NCBI GenBank assembly: GCA_965261395.1
Contig: OZ253462.1
Span: 3,552,001 to 3,616,000, forward strand
Direction of reading: 5' to 3'
DNA: 64,000 nt
DNA from: Candidatus Latescibacterota bacterium
Lineage (GTDB): Bacteria > Latescibacterota > UBA2968 > UBA8231
The position numbers and the translations under genes are program-made. The notes beneath the pieces were generated by a model. It had not been told where the DNA came from and searched no databases. It saw nothing but the letters and a program-made list of their open reading frames with translations. Below, one piece after another: positions 1 through 9,441 of this stretch; position 1 is the stretch's first letter; each line of letters begins with the position of its first letter.

Positions 1-2147
1 TAGTAGACGAGATGGACGACCCCAGCGGCCGTTGCATCCCCGTTATCCAGATTCGCTTTAACCGTAAAAAGATAAATTCCGGGGGGTACTAATTCGCCGG
101 ACGCATCCATGCCGTCCCAGAAGCCCGGAACAAAGCGCGCTTGTTCTTTATTCAAGAGAGGATGAACATAGCGGCCGCCAACCAGCCGCTCCGTGTTGAG
201 CCGGTTTACTCTGCGCCCGGACAGGTCGAAGATCTCCACATCCACGCGGCGCGGCGCGGCCACTTTGGTCAGTGTGAACTCGATCACGGTGAAGTCGTTC
301 ACGCCGTCTCCGTTGGGTGTGAAGACACGAGGGTGGGCTCTGACATTGAGCAGATCCTTTGCCACCACATCGGTCACCACGACATCCCAGGAAGCGCCGT
401 CCACCAAGTTCTCGCGGATGTTCTGTGGATTTTCAGAACCAGGACTGAATAGGGCGGCGCGAAATTCATGCGTGTCGGTGTAGAGGGCAGAGTGGACTAG
501 AATTTGGAAGGGGATTTCCGTCCCGTCCGTTGAACTCAGCGGTGGTTCGAAGAGGATGTCTAGGTCGTTGACGCTCCCAGGCATAATCCGCAACACGCGT
601 TCTCCCCCCGCGTCAAGACCCTCGCTACCCGTGGGAAACTGCGGCACAGGGATATCTTGGCCGAGCAGTTGAATCGAATCCACGCTAGTGGGAAAGCTGG
701 GCAGGTGGAGCCGAATTTTCTCCACCGCGTCACCCTCGGCCAGCTCTAAGATAGCCCGATAGACGAAGGGAATCTCCATTCCCATCGGGACCTCGTTGGG
801 GACCACTGAACCACGTGCATCCCTGGCGGCGATTGTCTCCGCGCTGAAGTCGATCGCAAGACTGTCCAAAGCCGGAGTAACTTCCAAGTCTTCGGTGCGG
901 AGATTGACTCGATAGCGCAGATAGTGTCGCGGTTCGGGAGAGGGAACAAAGATGTCTGAGTCTTCGAATTCTTCACTCCAGGCACTCCAGCTAGCATCGG
1001 TCGTATCCGGCGAATCTCCCGTGCTGAACTGCAAGCTCAACCCCGTCGCTGCAGGCACATCCGCCCACCAGCGTACGCGCCCGAAATTCTTCACCGTAGC
1101 ATCGCCAAAGTCCAGCGGCGGCGAGATATAGCCTCCTTCAGAGACAAAATCAACGCCGTATATTTGAATCTCCGTCACCTGAGCCGGATCTTGGCCTACT
1201 TCTGCCTGAGTCACTTGGATCCGGACGTAGCGTGCCAGCACTGGATCAAAGAGCACTTCTGTGAAGATAAAGTCCTCTATGTCGTTAATTCCCCCCATCT
1301 CGATCCAGCGAGACTGGTCCTCGCTGATCTGCACAGAATACCCCAACAGCGAGTTGCCAGCATACGTCTCGTTCTCATCGGGTGGCTTGGTTATAACCCG
1401 AATCCGGTTGATCCGCGTCAGATCCGGCAGCGTGATGTCGACTAGGCGATTCAGCGCACTCAGTCCCTGGGGCAGAGACCATACCGGAGTGCCGATCCGG
1501 CCATCCGTCACTCCCACTTCAGTAGCATTCAGCCCCAGGGCTATATTTTGGCCACGCTGGTCGGCGAGGACGATGCGACCAGTGCTCGAACTACCCAGAT
1601 TCACCGCATTCGGATAGCCGGCGATTACCTCGGCGAGCGGATGAAATATGCCTTCTTGCACCTGCCCTCTGCTGATCGTTCCGGCCTGCACCCTCTCCCA
1701 CGAATTTTGCACATTCTCGGTTGTCCAGTCGGTTCCAACTTGCGCGGCGTCCGACCAGAACCAGGGAGATGTTTCGTCCGTGAAGTTACTCACCGCGACC
1801 TGAGGGCCGGCCTGAAGGCTGAAAATCAGGCCGGTGCCAGCTACCGCCTCGAAATGGTTCACCGCCACCGCGATATCGTTGGCCCCTGTTTGCAGGTCTA
1901 CAGAGACTTCTTCGGCAGTCCTCCAGTCGCTGTCGGATTCCACTTCGCTACCATTGAAATAAAGGGTATAATCCCCGATAGCTGTAATCCTCACGATCCC
2001 CGAGTGAGCCTGTTGAGCCTGGAAGGTATGACGGTAGTACGTCGTCTGCTCCCAGTGGCCGATGCGGAGAGTTTGGCCACAGAGCTGGCTGCTCCCAAAG
2101 CCGAGCAAGAGGAGAGTCAGGGACAGCAGAATTCTTCGTCTTCCCAA
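1..2147 (-). CDS. Secreted ~715-aa protein with C-terminal 'FTPNGDG/FlgD-Ig' domain, distant relative of the array proteins at 18.7-34.5 kb (absent from the ORF track because the stop codon is cut by the window edge)
   Basis: Manual translation: TTG at 2147 after CAGGAAGAAGG; signal peptide MGRRRILLSLTLLLLGFGSSQLCG|Q; internal SPPLDFGDATVKNFGRVRWWAD; PRVFTPNGDGVND; ends WDGMDASGELVPPGIYLF...VVHLVY followed by TA at bases 2-1. Confidence 0.85.
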   Translation of the reverse strand, partial: MGRRRILLSLTLLLLGFGSSQLCGQTLRIGHWEQTTYYRHTFQAQQAHSGIVRITAIGDYTLYFNGSEVESDSDWRTAEEVSVDLQTGANDIAVAVNHFEAVAGTGLIFSLQAGPQVAVSNFTDETSPWFWSDAAQVGTDWTTENVQNSWERVQAGTISRGQVQEGIFHPLAEVIAGYPNAVNLGSSSTGRIVLADQRGQNIALGLNATEVGVTDGRIGTPVWSLPQGLSALNRLVDITLPDLTRINRIRVITKPPDENETYAGNSLLGYSVQISEDQSRWIEMGGINDIEDFIFTEVLFDPVLARYVRIQVTQAEVGQDPAQVTEIQIYGVDFVSEGGYISPPLDFGDATVKNFGRVRWWADVPAATGLSLQFSTGDSPDTTDASWSAWSEEFEDSDIFVPSPEPRHYLRYRVNLRTEDLEVTPALDSLAIDFSAETIAARDARGSVVPNEVPMGMEIPFVYRAILELAEGDAVEKIRLHLPSFPTSVDSIQLLGQDIPVPQFPTGSEGLDAGGERVLRIMPGSVNDLDILFEPPLSSTDGTEIPFQILVHSALYTDTHEFRAALFSPGSENPQNIRENLVDGASWDVVVTDVVAKDLLNVRAHPRVFTPNGDGVNDFTVIEFTLTKVAAPRRVDVEIFDLSGRRVNRLNTERLVGGRYVHPLLNKEQARFVPGFWDGMDASGELVPPGIYLFTVKANLDNGDATAAGVVHLVY

Positions 2148-2207
2148 GAGAAAGCCTTCTTCCTGTAGGGGGTGACTTAGCTGTGCCTAGACAGTTGAGA
2201 TGGGGTG

Positions 2208-2264
2208 TAAAAGAGGACAAGGTGGGTGAATCGTCCAAACAACAGGCAACCTCCCACCTTGTCC
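2208..2264 (-). terminator. Probable intrinsic terminator downstream of the 2290..4194 gene
   Basis: 12-bp inverted repeat GGACAAGGTGGG (2215-2226) / CCCACCTTGTCC (2253-2264), then TCTTTT on the minus strand; the loop is long (26 nt). Confidence 0.5.
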
Positions 2265-2289
2265 ATCTGTCGCAATATGACCCGGAATA

Positions 2290-4194
2290 TTACTTGAGCA
2301 AAGTCAGCTTCTTAGCCTCAAAGAAGCTACCGGCCTGCAGAGTGTAGAGATACACGCCACTGGCCACGCTCGCGCCAGAGTCATCGGTCCCATCCCACGC
2401 GCTCTGATACGTGCCGGCCTCGACCCAGCCCTGATGCAGAGTCTTCAGCAGCTGACCCGACAAATTGTATATCTGCAGCATCACGTTCTCATCCCGAGGG
2501 ATGCTGAAGCTGATAGTGGTCTGCGGGTTGGCCGGATTGGGAAAGGCGTTATCGAGCGCATATTTATCGGGCAGCCCCGCCCCCTCTACCGCCTCTACGA
2601 CCGTGGCACCATCGGGATTGATGAGCGCGGTCTTGGTGTCAAAGGGAAAGTGGATCGCCTGACGAGACGGAAATCCCGTGAAGTCGGGCACGTCCCAAGG
2701 GTCTGTCCCACCGCCGCGCCGCGAACCGATATCCCAGTAAAGCCCGTCGTACGGACCGTCTTCTTCAATCGACTCGACCCATTGCGGCCAGTGGGCCGGA
2801 GCGTGGGTGGCCACCATGTGGAGGATACCCGTGCCATCCGGTCCTAAGATATCCACAGTGCTGGTGGTACTGCCTAACAGCGGGATAAAGGCGAAGCCCC
2901 AGCCGTCCTTGCTGCCCGAACCAGATGTGTTCCACGGCGTGATGGAGAAGGCACCATAGTTGAATTCTCCGGTATCCGCGTTCCGCCGATCGGCAAAGCC
3001 ATCACCGTTGTCGTTGAGCCACTTCAACTCGCCGTCAAGGGAGATCTTGACATGCTGGGAGCCAGCATAGCCCACGCTGTAGATACCGGTATCGTCCACC
3101 CAGATATCGTGGGGGCTGAAGGCTTGGTTGCCCTCGCCTACATCCACGACCAGCCACTCGGACAGGTCGAGCACATCGATGACCTCGCCGGTAGCCGCAT
3201 CCTGAATCCCGACATTGGCTTGGGCGGGCGTGGTGCTACCCCGGTCGTAGATGGGGTAGTAGAGCCGTCCCTTCCATACATCTATGCCAGTCGATCCCAC
3301 AGCGAGATTCCCATCGCTGAAGGGCTCGAACTTCATGCGGCCGTCCCCCTCAGTGCCGAAGTTCCGGTCCAAGGTGACTTGACCATTCGCCGGATCTACG
3401 TTGAACTTGATGGCGCCGTAGACCGTTCCGTCCCAGCTATCGCCGTAGAAGTCGCCGGGCAGACTACCGTACTGTTTGCCGTTGCCGCCACCCTGCCACT
3501 CCGCCGGCATAACGTCATCCTCGTGGAAAACGGTCATGAGTTCGTTCTCGACGTCAATCGCCTGCCACGCGCCTGGCGTCTCCAGCCAGTTCGTGCCGAC
3601 GCGAGTGAGGAACAAGTGGCGCGGCCCATCCGCCGTCAGCCGTTGCGTGCTACCACCGGTCACAATGAAGAGATCGCCGTTCTGGTCGCGGGCCAAGGTC
3701 GACTCAGCCGTGTGCCGCTCATTGGTATAGCCCACCATGTTGATGGGTGCTTGGTCGTCAAGGCCGACGACAAAGAACCGATAGCTGGCATTGGGATCGG
3801 CCTGATTGCCGTCCATATCGTTGCCATCCCACCGGATTGAATGCGAACCCGGCTCAAAGCGAGAGCCCGGGGAAACCCACAGAGCCTTGTTCACTTCCTG
3901 GTAAGTATGCCAGTTGAAATCGCCCTCCACCGTCAGACCTGGAAGATCGGCATCCCCCCAGTTCGTGTAAACGGCTAGATGGACCGTGGCGGGAGATCCC
4001 GACATAGTGAAGGGAATATCCACAGGGAAGCTGCTGACGTTCATGTCCTCGACTTCGATCGTCAGCACCGTGGGCATCCGGCTCTCGGTTATTTCATTCT
4101 CCTCGCCGCCTATGGCACCCTGGGCAAATGCCGAGTGGGTAGGTAGCAAGGCGAAAGCTACTGCAAGGCAAATATTGGCTAAAAACGTCTTCAT
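2290..4194 (-). CDS. Secreted protein with internal FlgD-like Ig segment, probable beta-propeller and C-terminal FlgD-Ig/T9SS type-A-like domain
   Basis: Signal peptide ...SAFA|Q; SHSIRWDGNDMDG near the N-terminus; C-terminal NAFPNPANP...WDGTDDSG..VASGVYLY...KKLTLLK. Confidence 0.8.
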   Translation of the reverse strand: MKTFLANICLAVAFALLPTHSAFAQGAIGGEENEITESRMPTVLTIEVEDMNVSSFPVDIPFTMSGSPATVHLAVYTNWGDADLPGLTVEGDFNWHTYQEVNKALWVSPGSRFEPGSHSIRWDGNDMDGNQADPNASYRFFVVGLDDQAPINMVGYTNERHTAESTLARDQNGDLFIVTGGSTQRLTADGPRHLFLTRVGTNWLETPGAWQAIDVENELMTVFHEDDVMPAEWQGGGNGKQYGSLPGDFYGDSWDGTVYGAIKFNVDPANGQVTLDRNFGTEGDGRMKFEPFSDGNLAVGSTGIDVWKGRLYYPIYDRGSTTPAQANVGIQDAATGEVIDVLDLSEWLVVDVGEGNQAFSPHDIWVDDTGIYSVGYAGSQHVKISLDGELKWLNDNGDGFADRRNADTGEFNYGAFSITPWNTSGSGSKDGWGFAFIPLLGSTTSTVDILGPDGTGILHMVATHAPAHWPQWVESIEEDGPYDGLYWDIGSRRGGGTDPWDVPDFTGFPSRQAIHFPFDTKTALINPDGATVVEAVEGAGLPDKYALDNAFPNPANPQTTISFSIPRDENVMLQIYNLSGQLLKTLHQGWVEAGTYQSAWDGTDDSGASVASGVYLYTLQAGSFFEAKKLTLLK

Positions 4195-4350
4195 AGTGCA
4201 TTCTCCAAGCTGGTATAACTGATGAAAGCTGAGTACTGCTGCGAAACTTCGTTTTGACCAATTTTGCTATTGACTATCTCCTTTCTCTTGGGTGTAACTC
4301 ATTACTATGGTTCTATATAAGCCTTTGTACCGGCTATTTTAGATTTTGCC

Positions 4351-4380
4351 AGTATACAAAAAAATCCCGCGCAAAAGCAA
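4351..4380 (-). promoter_or_regulatory. Possible sigma70 promoter for the 2290..4194 gene
   Basis: TTGCTT-18 nt-TATACT on the minus strand in an AT-rich intergenic stretch. Confidence 0.35.
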
Positions 4381-4644
4381 ATTTTATCTTGACTTCGACA
4401 GATTTGGCTGAGGTGTAGATGGTAACTAGAGCTGGTATGCAAAATATTGGTTGGCGGAGTATTTTGCAACCAGCTCTAAGCTATCCCAACCCTGTCAAGA
4501 CCGCATTGCGTATTTATCTGATATGGACTGCTCACGCTCCGGGCTACTTGAGTAAGAGCCGCCGCCGTGTCTGCACGCCGCTGGGGTGGTGCGAAAATCT
4601 CCAACCGCACCGGGTCGATTACGGCATGAGTTCGCGCGTCGCCG

Positions 4645-5601
4645 TCAACGCCGCCAGCCGCCGGCCTCGTAGAATTCGCGCGATTGATCGACGGTTCTCT
4701 CCGTCTCCTGCAGAAAGGAGAGCAGGCCCTTGAGGAGGCCGACCAGATCGGGCCGTGCTCCAGCGCTGGTGGCGACACCTTCTGGCACGTAGGGATTGCC
4801 CGGCGCACTTTGCAAGATCGCCTGCGTGGTCTTGGGCATGTACGTGCACAGATACCCGTCGTAGCCGATCCCCTTCAGGATTCTGAAGATCTCTTGGTAG
4901 TCCGCGTGGCCAGTCCCGTGTTGACAGTGGTTGGTCTCGTTGAGGTGGAAGTGTTTGATCCGCGACCCGGCGTAGCGCAACGCATCCGGGATCGAGCCCT
5001 CCTCGACGTTCATGTGATACACGTCCGGCTGCACGCCGAGATTAGCGAGCCCGAGTTCATCGACGTAGTTGACCGCCTCGTAGATCGTCGTCAGCACGCC
5101 GGGGAGGCCCTCGTACGTGTTCAGCGGCTCCAGCAGGATGGTGATGTCGCGGCTTGCCGCATGTTCGCAGATTTCCCGGATCGACTGCCGGAAGTTGTTG
5201 CGCAGGGTCTCCACTGGCTCCAGCGGAAACGGCAACTGGGGAACCGCCGGCTGGGCCGCGCACAGCTCCGTAAAGCTGGCCCCGGCGTCGGCCGCCAAAT
5301 TGACGGTGTCTTTGGCGTACTGCACGGCGTGCGCCCTTTTCTCCGGGTCCGAGCTGGCGAGGTTGCGCTCCTCGCCGGCGTGGTAGTATCCCCACGCCGC
5401 GAGGACTTCCGGGACGACGAGGCCAGCGTCTTCTACCCGCCGCCGCCATTCGCAGCCATCCATCTTCTCCGGGTTGCCCGGCAGATCGATGCCGGTGTAT
5501 CCGGCCTCTGCGGCGGCTTGCAGCACTACATCAGGCTCTTCGAGGACGTTGTATCCGACCCACGGAAGCGTGTCGCACTGCAAGCTGTATTTGAAAGCCA
5601 T
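4645..5601 (-). CDS. Sugar phosphate isomerase/epimerase (AP-endonuclease-2 TIM barrel, D-tagatose/psicose 3-epimerase-like)
   Basis: Metal-binding motifs LLEPLN, DVYHMNVEE, HFHLNETN, GTGHADY. Confidence 0.85.
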   Translation of the reverse strand: MAFKYSLQCDTLPWVGYNVLEEPDVVLQAAAEAGYTGIDLPGNPEKMDGCEWRRRVEDAGLVVPEVLAAWGYYHAGEERNLASSDPEKRAHAVQYAKDTVNLAADAGASFTELCAAQPAVPQLPFPLEPVETLRNNFRQSIREICEHAASRDITILLEPLNTYEGLPGVLTTIYEAVNYVDELGLANLGVQPDVYHMNVEEGSIPDALRYAGSRIKHFHLNETNHCQHGTGHADYQEIFRILKGIGYDGYLCTYMPKTTQAILQSAPGNPYVPEGVATSAGARPDLVGLLKGLLSFLQETERTVDQSREFYEAGGWRR

Positions 5602-5831
5602 GATGTCCGTCTTTCTACGTTAGAATGGTGGTTGGTTAAGCTTTCGCTCGTCCAAAGAGGCCCGTGCGGATTGACCAAGTATCCTAGAAAGTCCTTTATA
5701 ATTCCTACACATTACAGGATGCCCGCTTCCGTTTGAAACGCACGCTCAGAGCGCATAATTCAGTCGTCATGCGCCTATTGCTAAAGTCGGATTGTGAACG
5801 ATTCGCTATACAATAAAAGTCTGGAAGGAAA

Positions 5832-6404
5832 ATGGTTCTCAGTGACCGCGTAATCAAGACGCTACTGGCAGAAGGCAAAATCGTCGTCGAGCCGCTGGGG
5901 GAGGGGTGCATTCAGCCCGCCAGCGTTGATGTTCATCTCGACAAGCACATTCTCGTGTTCCGCAACTCGCGCCGCCCATTTATCGACGTGCGCGAGGACT
6001 TGAGCGACCTGACTGAAATGGAGGAGATCGGCGAGCAACCGTTTATGCTGCATCCGGGCGAGTTCGTGCTGGGAAGCACTCTTGAGACTATAGAGCTGCC
6101 GGACGATCTGGTGGCGCGGCTTGAGGGCAAGAGTTCGCTGGGGCGCATCGGGCTGCTAATTCACTCGACCGCGGGGTATGTGGATCCCGGCTGGAAGGGC
6201 CATCTGACGTTGGAGCTGAGCAATGTGGCGAATCTACCCATCACGCTGTATCACGGCATGAAGATCGGGCAGCTCTCGTTCCTGCAGCTATCGACGCCGG
6301 CGGACAGCCCCTACGGTTCGCCGGGGCTGGGCAGCAAGTACCAAGGGCAGACCGTGCCCACGGCCAGCCGCGCGTACCGGGATTTTGAGGACGGCAAAGG
6401 TTAG
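5832..6404 (+). CDS. dcd: dCTP deaminase
   Basis: [39 protein letters not shown]. Confidence 0.95.
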   Translation: MVLSDRVIKTLLAEGKIVVEPLGEGCIQPASVDVHLDKHILVFRNSRRPFIDVREDLSDLTEMEEIGEQPFMLHPGEFVLGSTLETIELPDDLVARLEGKSSLGRIGLLIHSTAGYVDPGWKGHLTLELSNVANLPITLYHGMKIGQLSFLQLSTPADSPYGSPGLGSKYQGQTVPTASRAYRDFEDGKG

Positions 6405-6473
6405 CGGGTGGATGCAGTAGATGGAACGGGAGCTGTCGCTTTGGAAGCTAACAATCCATCCGAGGAACTAAAT

Positions 6474-7118
6474 ATGGTACAAATAGCACCGCTAGATCGC
6501 TCTCACCTTCCCCAGGTCTTGGCGCTTGTCAACAGTCATCTTAGCACCGCGATACCTGGGTGGAGCTTGACTGCCGATTACTTTTGGGAGCGCCTGAAGA
6601 GCGAGCCGCAGGAGTACATCACTGATCCTTGGGTTGTCGAAAGAAAGTCCATTGTTGGCATAGTCAGGGATCGCGTTTGCGCGGCGGCGCATCTCCTCCG
6701 ATACGGCGACGACACGCGCTATAAGGGAGTTGGAGACATTGACTGGATCTTGTTCTGGCCCGGAGAGCGCGAAGCTGGCGCGGCGGTCCTGACGGAGTGC
6801 CGGCACCAGATGAACGCTTGGCAGGTAGTGGACGAGCAGATTTCGGGTCCATTTCTCACGGAAGGCGGCCAATTGCCTGCATTGGCAGGATGGGCTGAGC
6901 TTTCAGAGGTCGAAACGAGTGAAACGATGCGAAATCAGGGAGTCGGTTCGTGGGTCGTCCGGCACGCCGTTGAATGGCTACGGCTAGCTAAGTGCGATCG
7001 GATCGTGCTGTCTGTTGCACGAGATGATGAAAAAGCAGGCGCAGGAAGGTTCTACAAGCGGTTTGGCTGGATGCCGCTGGTGCGACAAAAGCACTGGCGA
7101 AGACAGACAGAAAAATAA
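6474..7118 (+). CDS. GNAT-family N-acetyltransferase (possibly internally shortened)
   Basis: ATG at 6474 after GAGGAA; motif A RNQGVGSWV and AGRFYKRFGW. Confidence 0.75.
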   Translation: MVQIAPLDRSHLPQVLALVNSHLSTAIPGWSLTADYFWERLKSEPQEYITDPWVVERKSIVGIVRDRVCAAAHLLRYGDDTRYKGVGDIDWILFWPGEREAGAAVLTECRHQMNAWQVVDEQISGPFLTEGGQLPALAGWAELSEVETSETMRNQGVGSWVVRHAVEWLRLAKCDRIVLSVARDDEKAGAGRFYKRFGWMPLVRQKHWRRQTEK

Positions 7119-7249
7119 TGGTGAAACTCGACGAGTGGGTGGCGCCGCCAACATTTTGACGTTGATACAAGGCACGGTATTTTCCTTGCGCCGTGGTTGC
7201 TGGTCAAAACTACGCTATTTCCCAATCATCCCCTAACCGGAGCTTCGCC

Positions 7250-8614
7250 ATGACCGTGCCCATCGCCTTGGGATCCCGCCGCGAATTATTCGTCGATCAC
7301 TTTCTCATTGAACACCTCAATGGGGCCGCTCTGCACCTGCACTCGCCTATCCGTCGCGAAGTGGTCTATCAAGTCTCTCAGCCCTGGGACAATGCCTGCA
7401 CGGGCTGCTACAATCTCACTCAGGATGGGGGCCGCATTCTTCTGTACTACCGAGGTTTTTACCCCATCGGCGCGGACTACGCCGACGGTGCGGCCAGCCA
7501 GACCACTAACTTGGCCGTCAGCACCGATGGCATCCACTTTACACACCCTGAACTGGGCTTGGTCGAATTCAATGGCACTCGCAAAAACAACGTCCTTATC
7601 CAGGGCCACGAGAGCCACAATTTCTGCGTCTTTCTCGACGATAATCCCGCGGCCGATCCGGCGCAGCGCTTCAAAGCCGTGGGCGGCACGGGCCAGTCCA
7701 ACTTGCACGGCTTTGCCTCGCCCGACGGCCTCCATTGGACTCCGGTCAAAGACGGCCCCTTGGACGTCACTGGTGCCTTTGACTCGGTCAACGTCGCCCT
7801 GTGGGACCCTCACATTGGGCGCTATCGCCTCTTTAGCCGCTACTTCGACTCCACCGGCGGCCGGGTGCGGGCCATCCAGAGCTGTACCTCCGAGGACTTC
7901 ATCCACTGGACGCCGCCGCAGTCCCACCAGTACGCCGACGACGTGCCGCTGGAGCACTTCTACACCAACGCCACCACGCCTTGCCCTGGTGCCGAGCACA
8001 TCCTGCTGTCGTTTCCCATGCGCTTTTTGCCCGAGCGTCAGCTCGACATCGCGGCGATGGATTACCCCGGGGCAGGCCTGTCTGACGCGGTGTTTATGAG
8101 CAGCCGCGACGGCGTTCACTGGGACCGCCCCTTCATGGAAGCTTGGGTGCGCCCCGGCACGGATCAGCGCAACTGGTCCCACCGCAGTTGCACACCCGCC
8201 CCCGGCTTGGTGCAAACGGCTCCCGACGAATGGTCCATGTACATTTCGGAAAACTATGGCTGGTCAACAAACCGCTTGCGCCGCGTGGTGGTGCGCCCGC
8301 ATGGTTTTGCCTCGGTGCGGGCCGGGTATAGAGCCGGTGAATTGCTCACTCGTCCCTTGCTGTTGGAAGGGGTTGCCCTGCGCCTCAACTACGCGACCTC
8401 GGCGGCGGGGTCGCTGCGGGTGGAACTTCAGGACGAGTCGGGCCAGCCCCTGCCTGGGTATGCTTTGGAGGAGATGGACCCGGTCTACGGCGACCAACTC
8501 GACGCGCCAGTGGCTTGGAAAACTGGCGGCGACTTGTCCGGGCTCAAGGGCCGTCCGGTGCGCTTGCGGGTGGTGTTACAGGACGCTGATTTGTTTGCCG
8601 TGCGGGCCGCGTGA
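7250..8614 (+). CDS. Five-bladed beta-propeller glycoside-hydrolase-like hypothetical protein
   Basis: RRELFVDHFLI start, repeated S.DG.HW Asp-box-like motifs (STDGIHF, SPDGLHW, SEDFIHW, SRDGVHW), C-terminal beta-sandwich LNYATSAAGSLRVE. Confidence 0.65.
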   Translation: MTVPIALGSRRELFVDHFLIEHLNGAALHLHSPIRREVVYQVSQPWDNACTGCYNLTQDGGRILLYYRGFYPIGADYADGAASQTTNLAVSTDGIHFTHPELGLVEFNGTRKNNVLIQGHESHNFCVFLDDNPAADPAQRFKAVGGTGQSNLHGFASPDGLHWTPVKDGPLDVTGAFDSVNVALWDPHIGRYRLFSRYFDSTGGRVRAIQSCTSEDFIHWTPPQSHQYADDVPLEHFYTNATTPCPGAEHILLSFPMRFLPERQLDIAAMDYPGAGLSDAVFMSSRDGVHWDRPFMEAWVRPGTDQRNWSHRSCTPAPGLVQTAPDEWSMYISENYGWSTNRLRRVVVRPHGFASVRAGYRAGELLTRPLLLEGVALRLNYATSAAGSLRVELQDESGQPLPGYALEEMDPVYGDQLDAPVAWKTGGDLSGLKGRPVRLRVVLQDADLFAVRAA

Positions 8615-8619
8615 GACCG

Positions 8620-9441
8620 TTACGAGTTATTACCTCGCAGTCTTACGGCGTTGATATAACCTTTTCCGCTTTCTTCAATATCCCGGACAAGGGAGAGCGG
8701 ATTGACGGATTTTTTTAACCAAATATCAAATACAACGACGGCTGTTCCATCCTCATTATGGATCACGTCTGCTACCTGCCAGCGCTTGGTACTGGACGTT
8801 AGGATCAACTCCGTTGCTTTTTGCACCTCATCGACCTGCGCTGCATGCACTTCGATCTGAGCGTCACAGGGTTTATTAGCGGCAATGGCCGTGTCGCTCG
8901 TTTCAGAGACTTGGGCCGATTTTTCAGGATAAAGAATGGTCCAGTCGGATATTACTGCCGGCCGCGCGCCAAAATTGCTTTTCCACACACCCAGCGCTAT
9001 GGCGACAAAAACCAACGATGCGAGGTACGCCACGGTAGTAAGCTGGGTGCCAGCCGCCAGCCCTATCCCGATGGCCATAAACATGTACACGGCATCCATT
9101 GGCTCTTCGAGTGAGGTGCGAAAGCGCACGGCGGCCACGATGCCCGCCAAGCTGAACGCAAGGGCAAGGCTACCCTTAACCAAAAAAACGACCAGCGTTA
9201 TGGAGGTAGGTATCACGAGCAGGGTGTGTGCAAAGGATTGACTGTATTTCTTGCGCGGCCGCGTCCAGCGATATACCCAAGTAATAGGGAGCATAACCCC
9301 GAAGGCCAGCACCAAAGCGACCATGATCGGAATGGTGTGTGCCGGATCGACGAGCCGGGCCACCCCTTCTTCGATATTGCCGTCGTCGAAGAAAAGACAG
9401 CCATAATCCACCTCCCACGCCAGTGTGCCAACTGTCAGCAT
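8620..9441 (-). CDS. DUF4956 membrane protein; 5' end probably lost (genuine sequence begins near 9384)
   Basis: GSLALAFSLAGIVAAVRFRT...D..Y.F..IGIGLAAG signature; the upstream part overlaps the omp85 gene out of frame. Confidence 0.75.
   Translation of the reverse strand: MLTVGTLAWEVDYGCLFFDDGNIEEGVARLVDPAHTIPIMVALVLAFGVMLPITWVYRWTRPRKKYSQSFAHTLLVIPTSITLVVFLVKGSLALAFSLAGIVAAVRFRTSLEEPMDAVYMFMAIGIGLAAGTQLTTVAYLASLVFVAIALGVWKSNFGARPAVISDWTILYPEKSAQVSETSDTAIAANKPCDAQIEVHAAQVDEVQKATELILTSSTKRWQVADVIHNEDGTAVVVFDIWLKKSVNPLSLVRDIEESGKGYINAVRLRGNNS

Noticed and set aside
4476-4640. Hydantoinase-B-like remnant (IDPVRLEIF)
   Set aside because: Only 9 residues of resemblance; insufficient
4684-5736. 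350-aa plus-strand ORF and many similar long antisense ORFs
   Set aside because: Shadows of GC-rich genes on the opposite strand with no recognisable motifs
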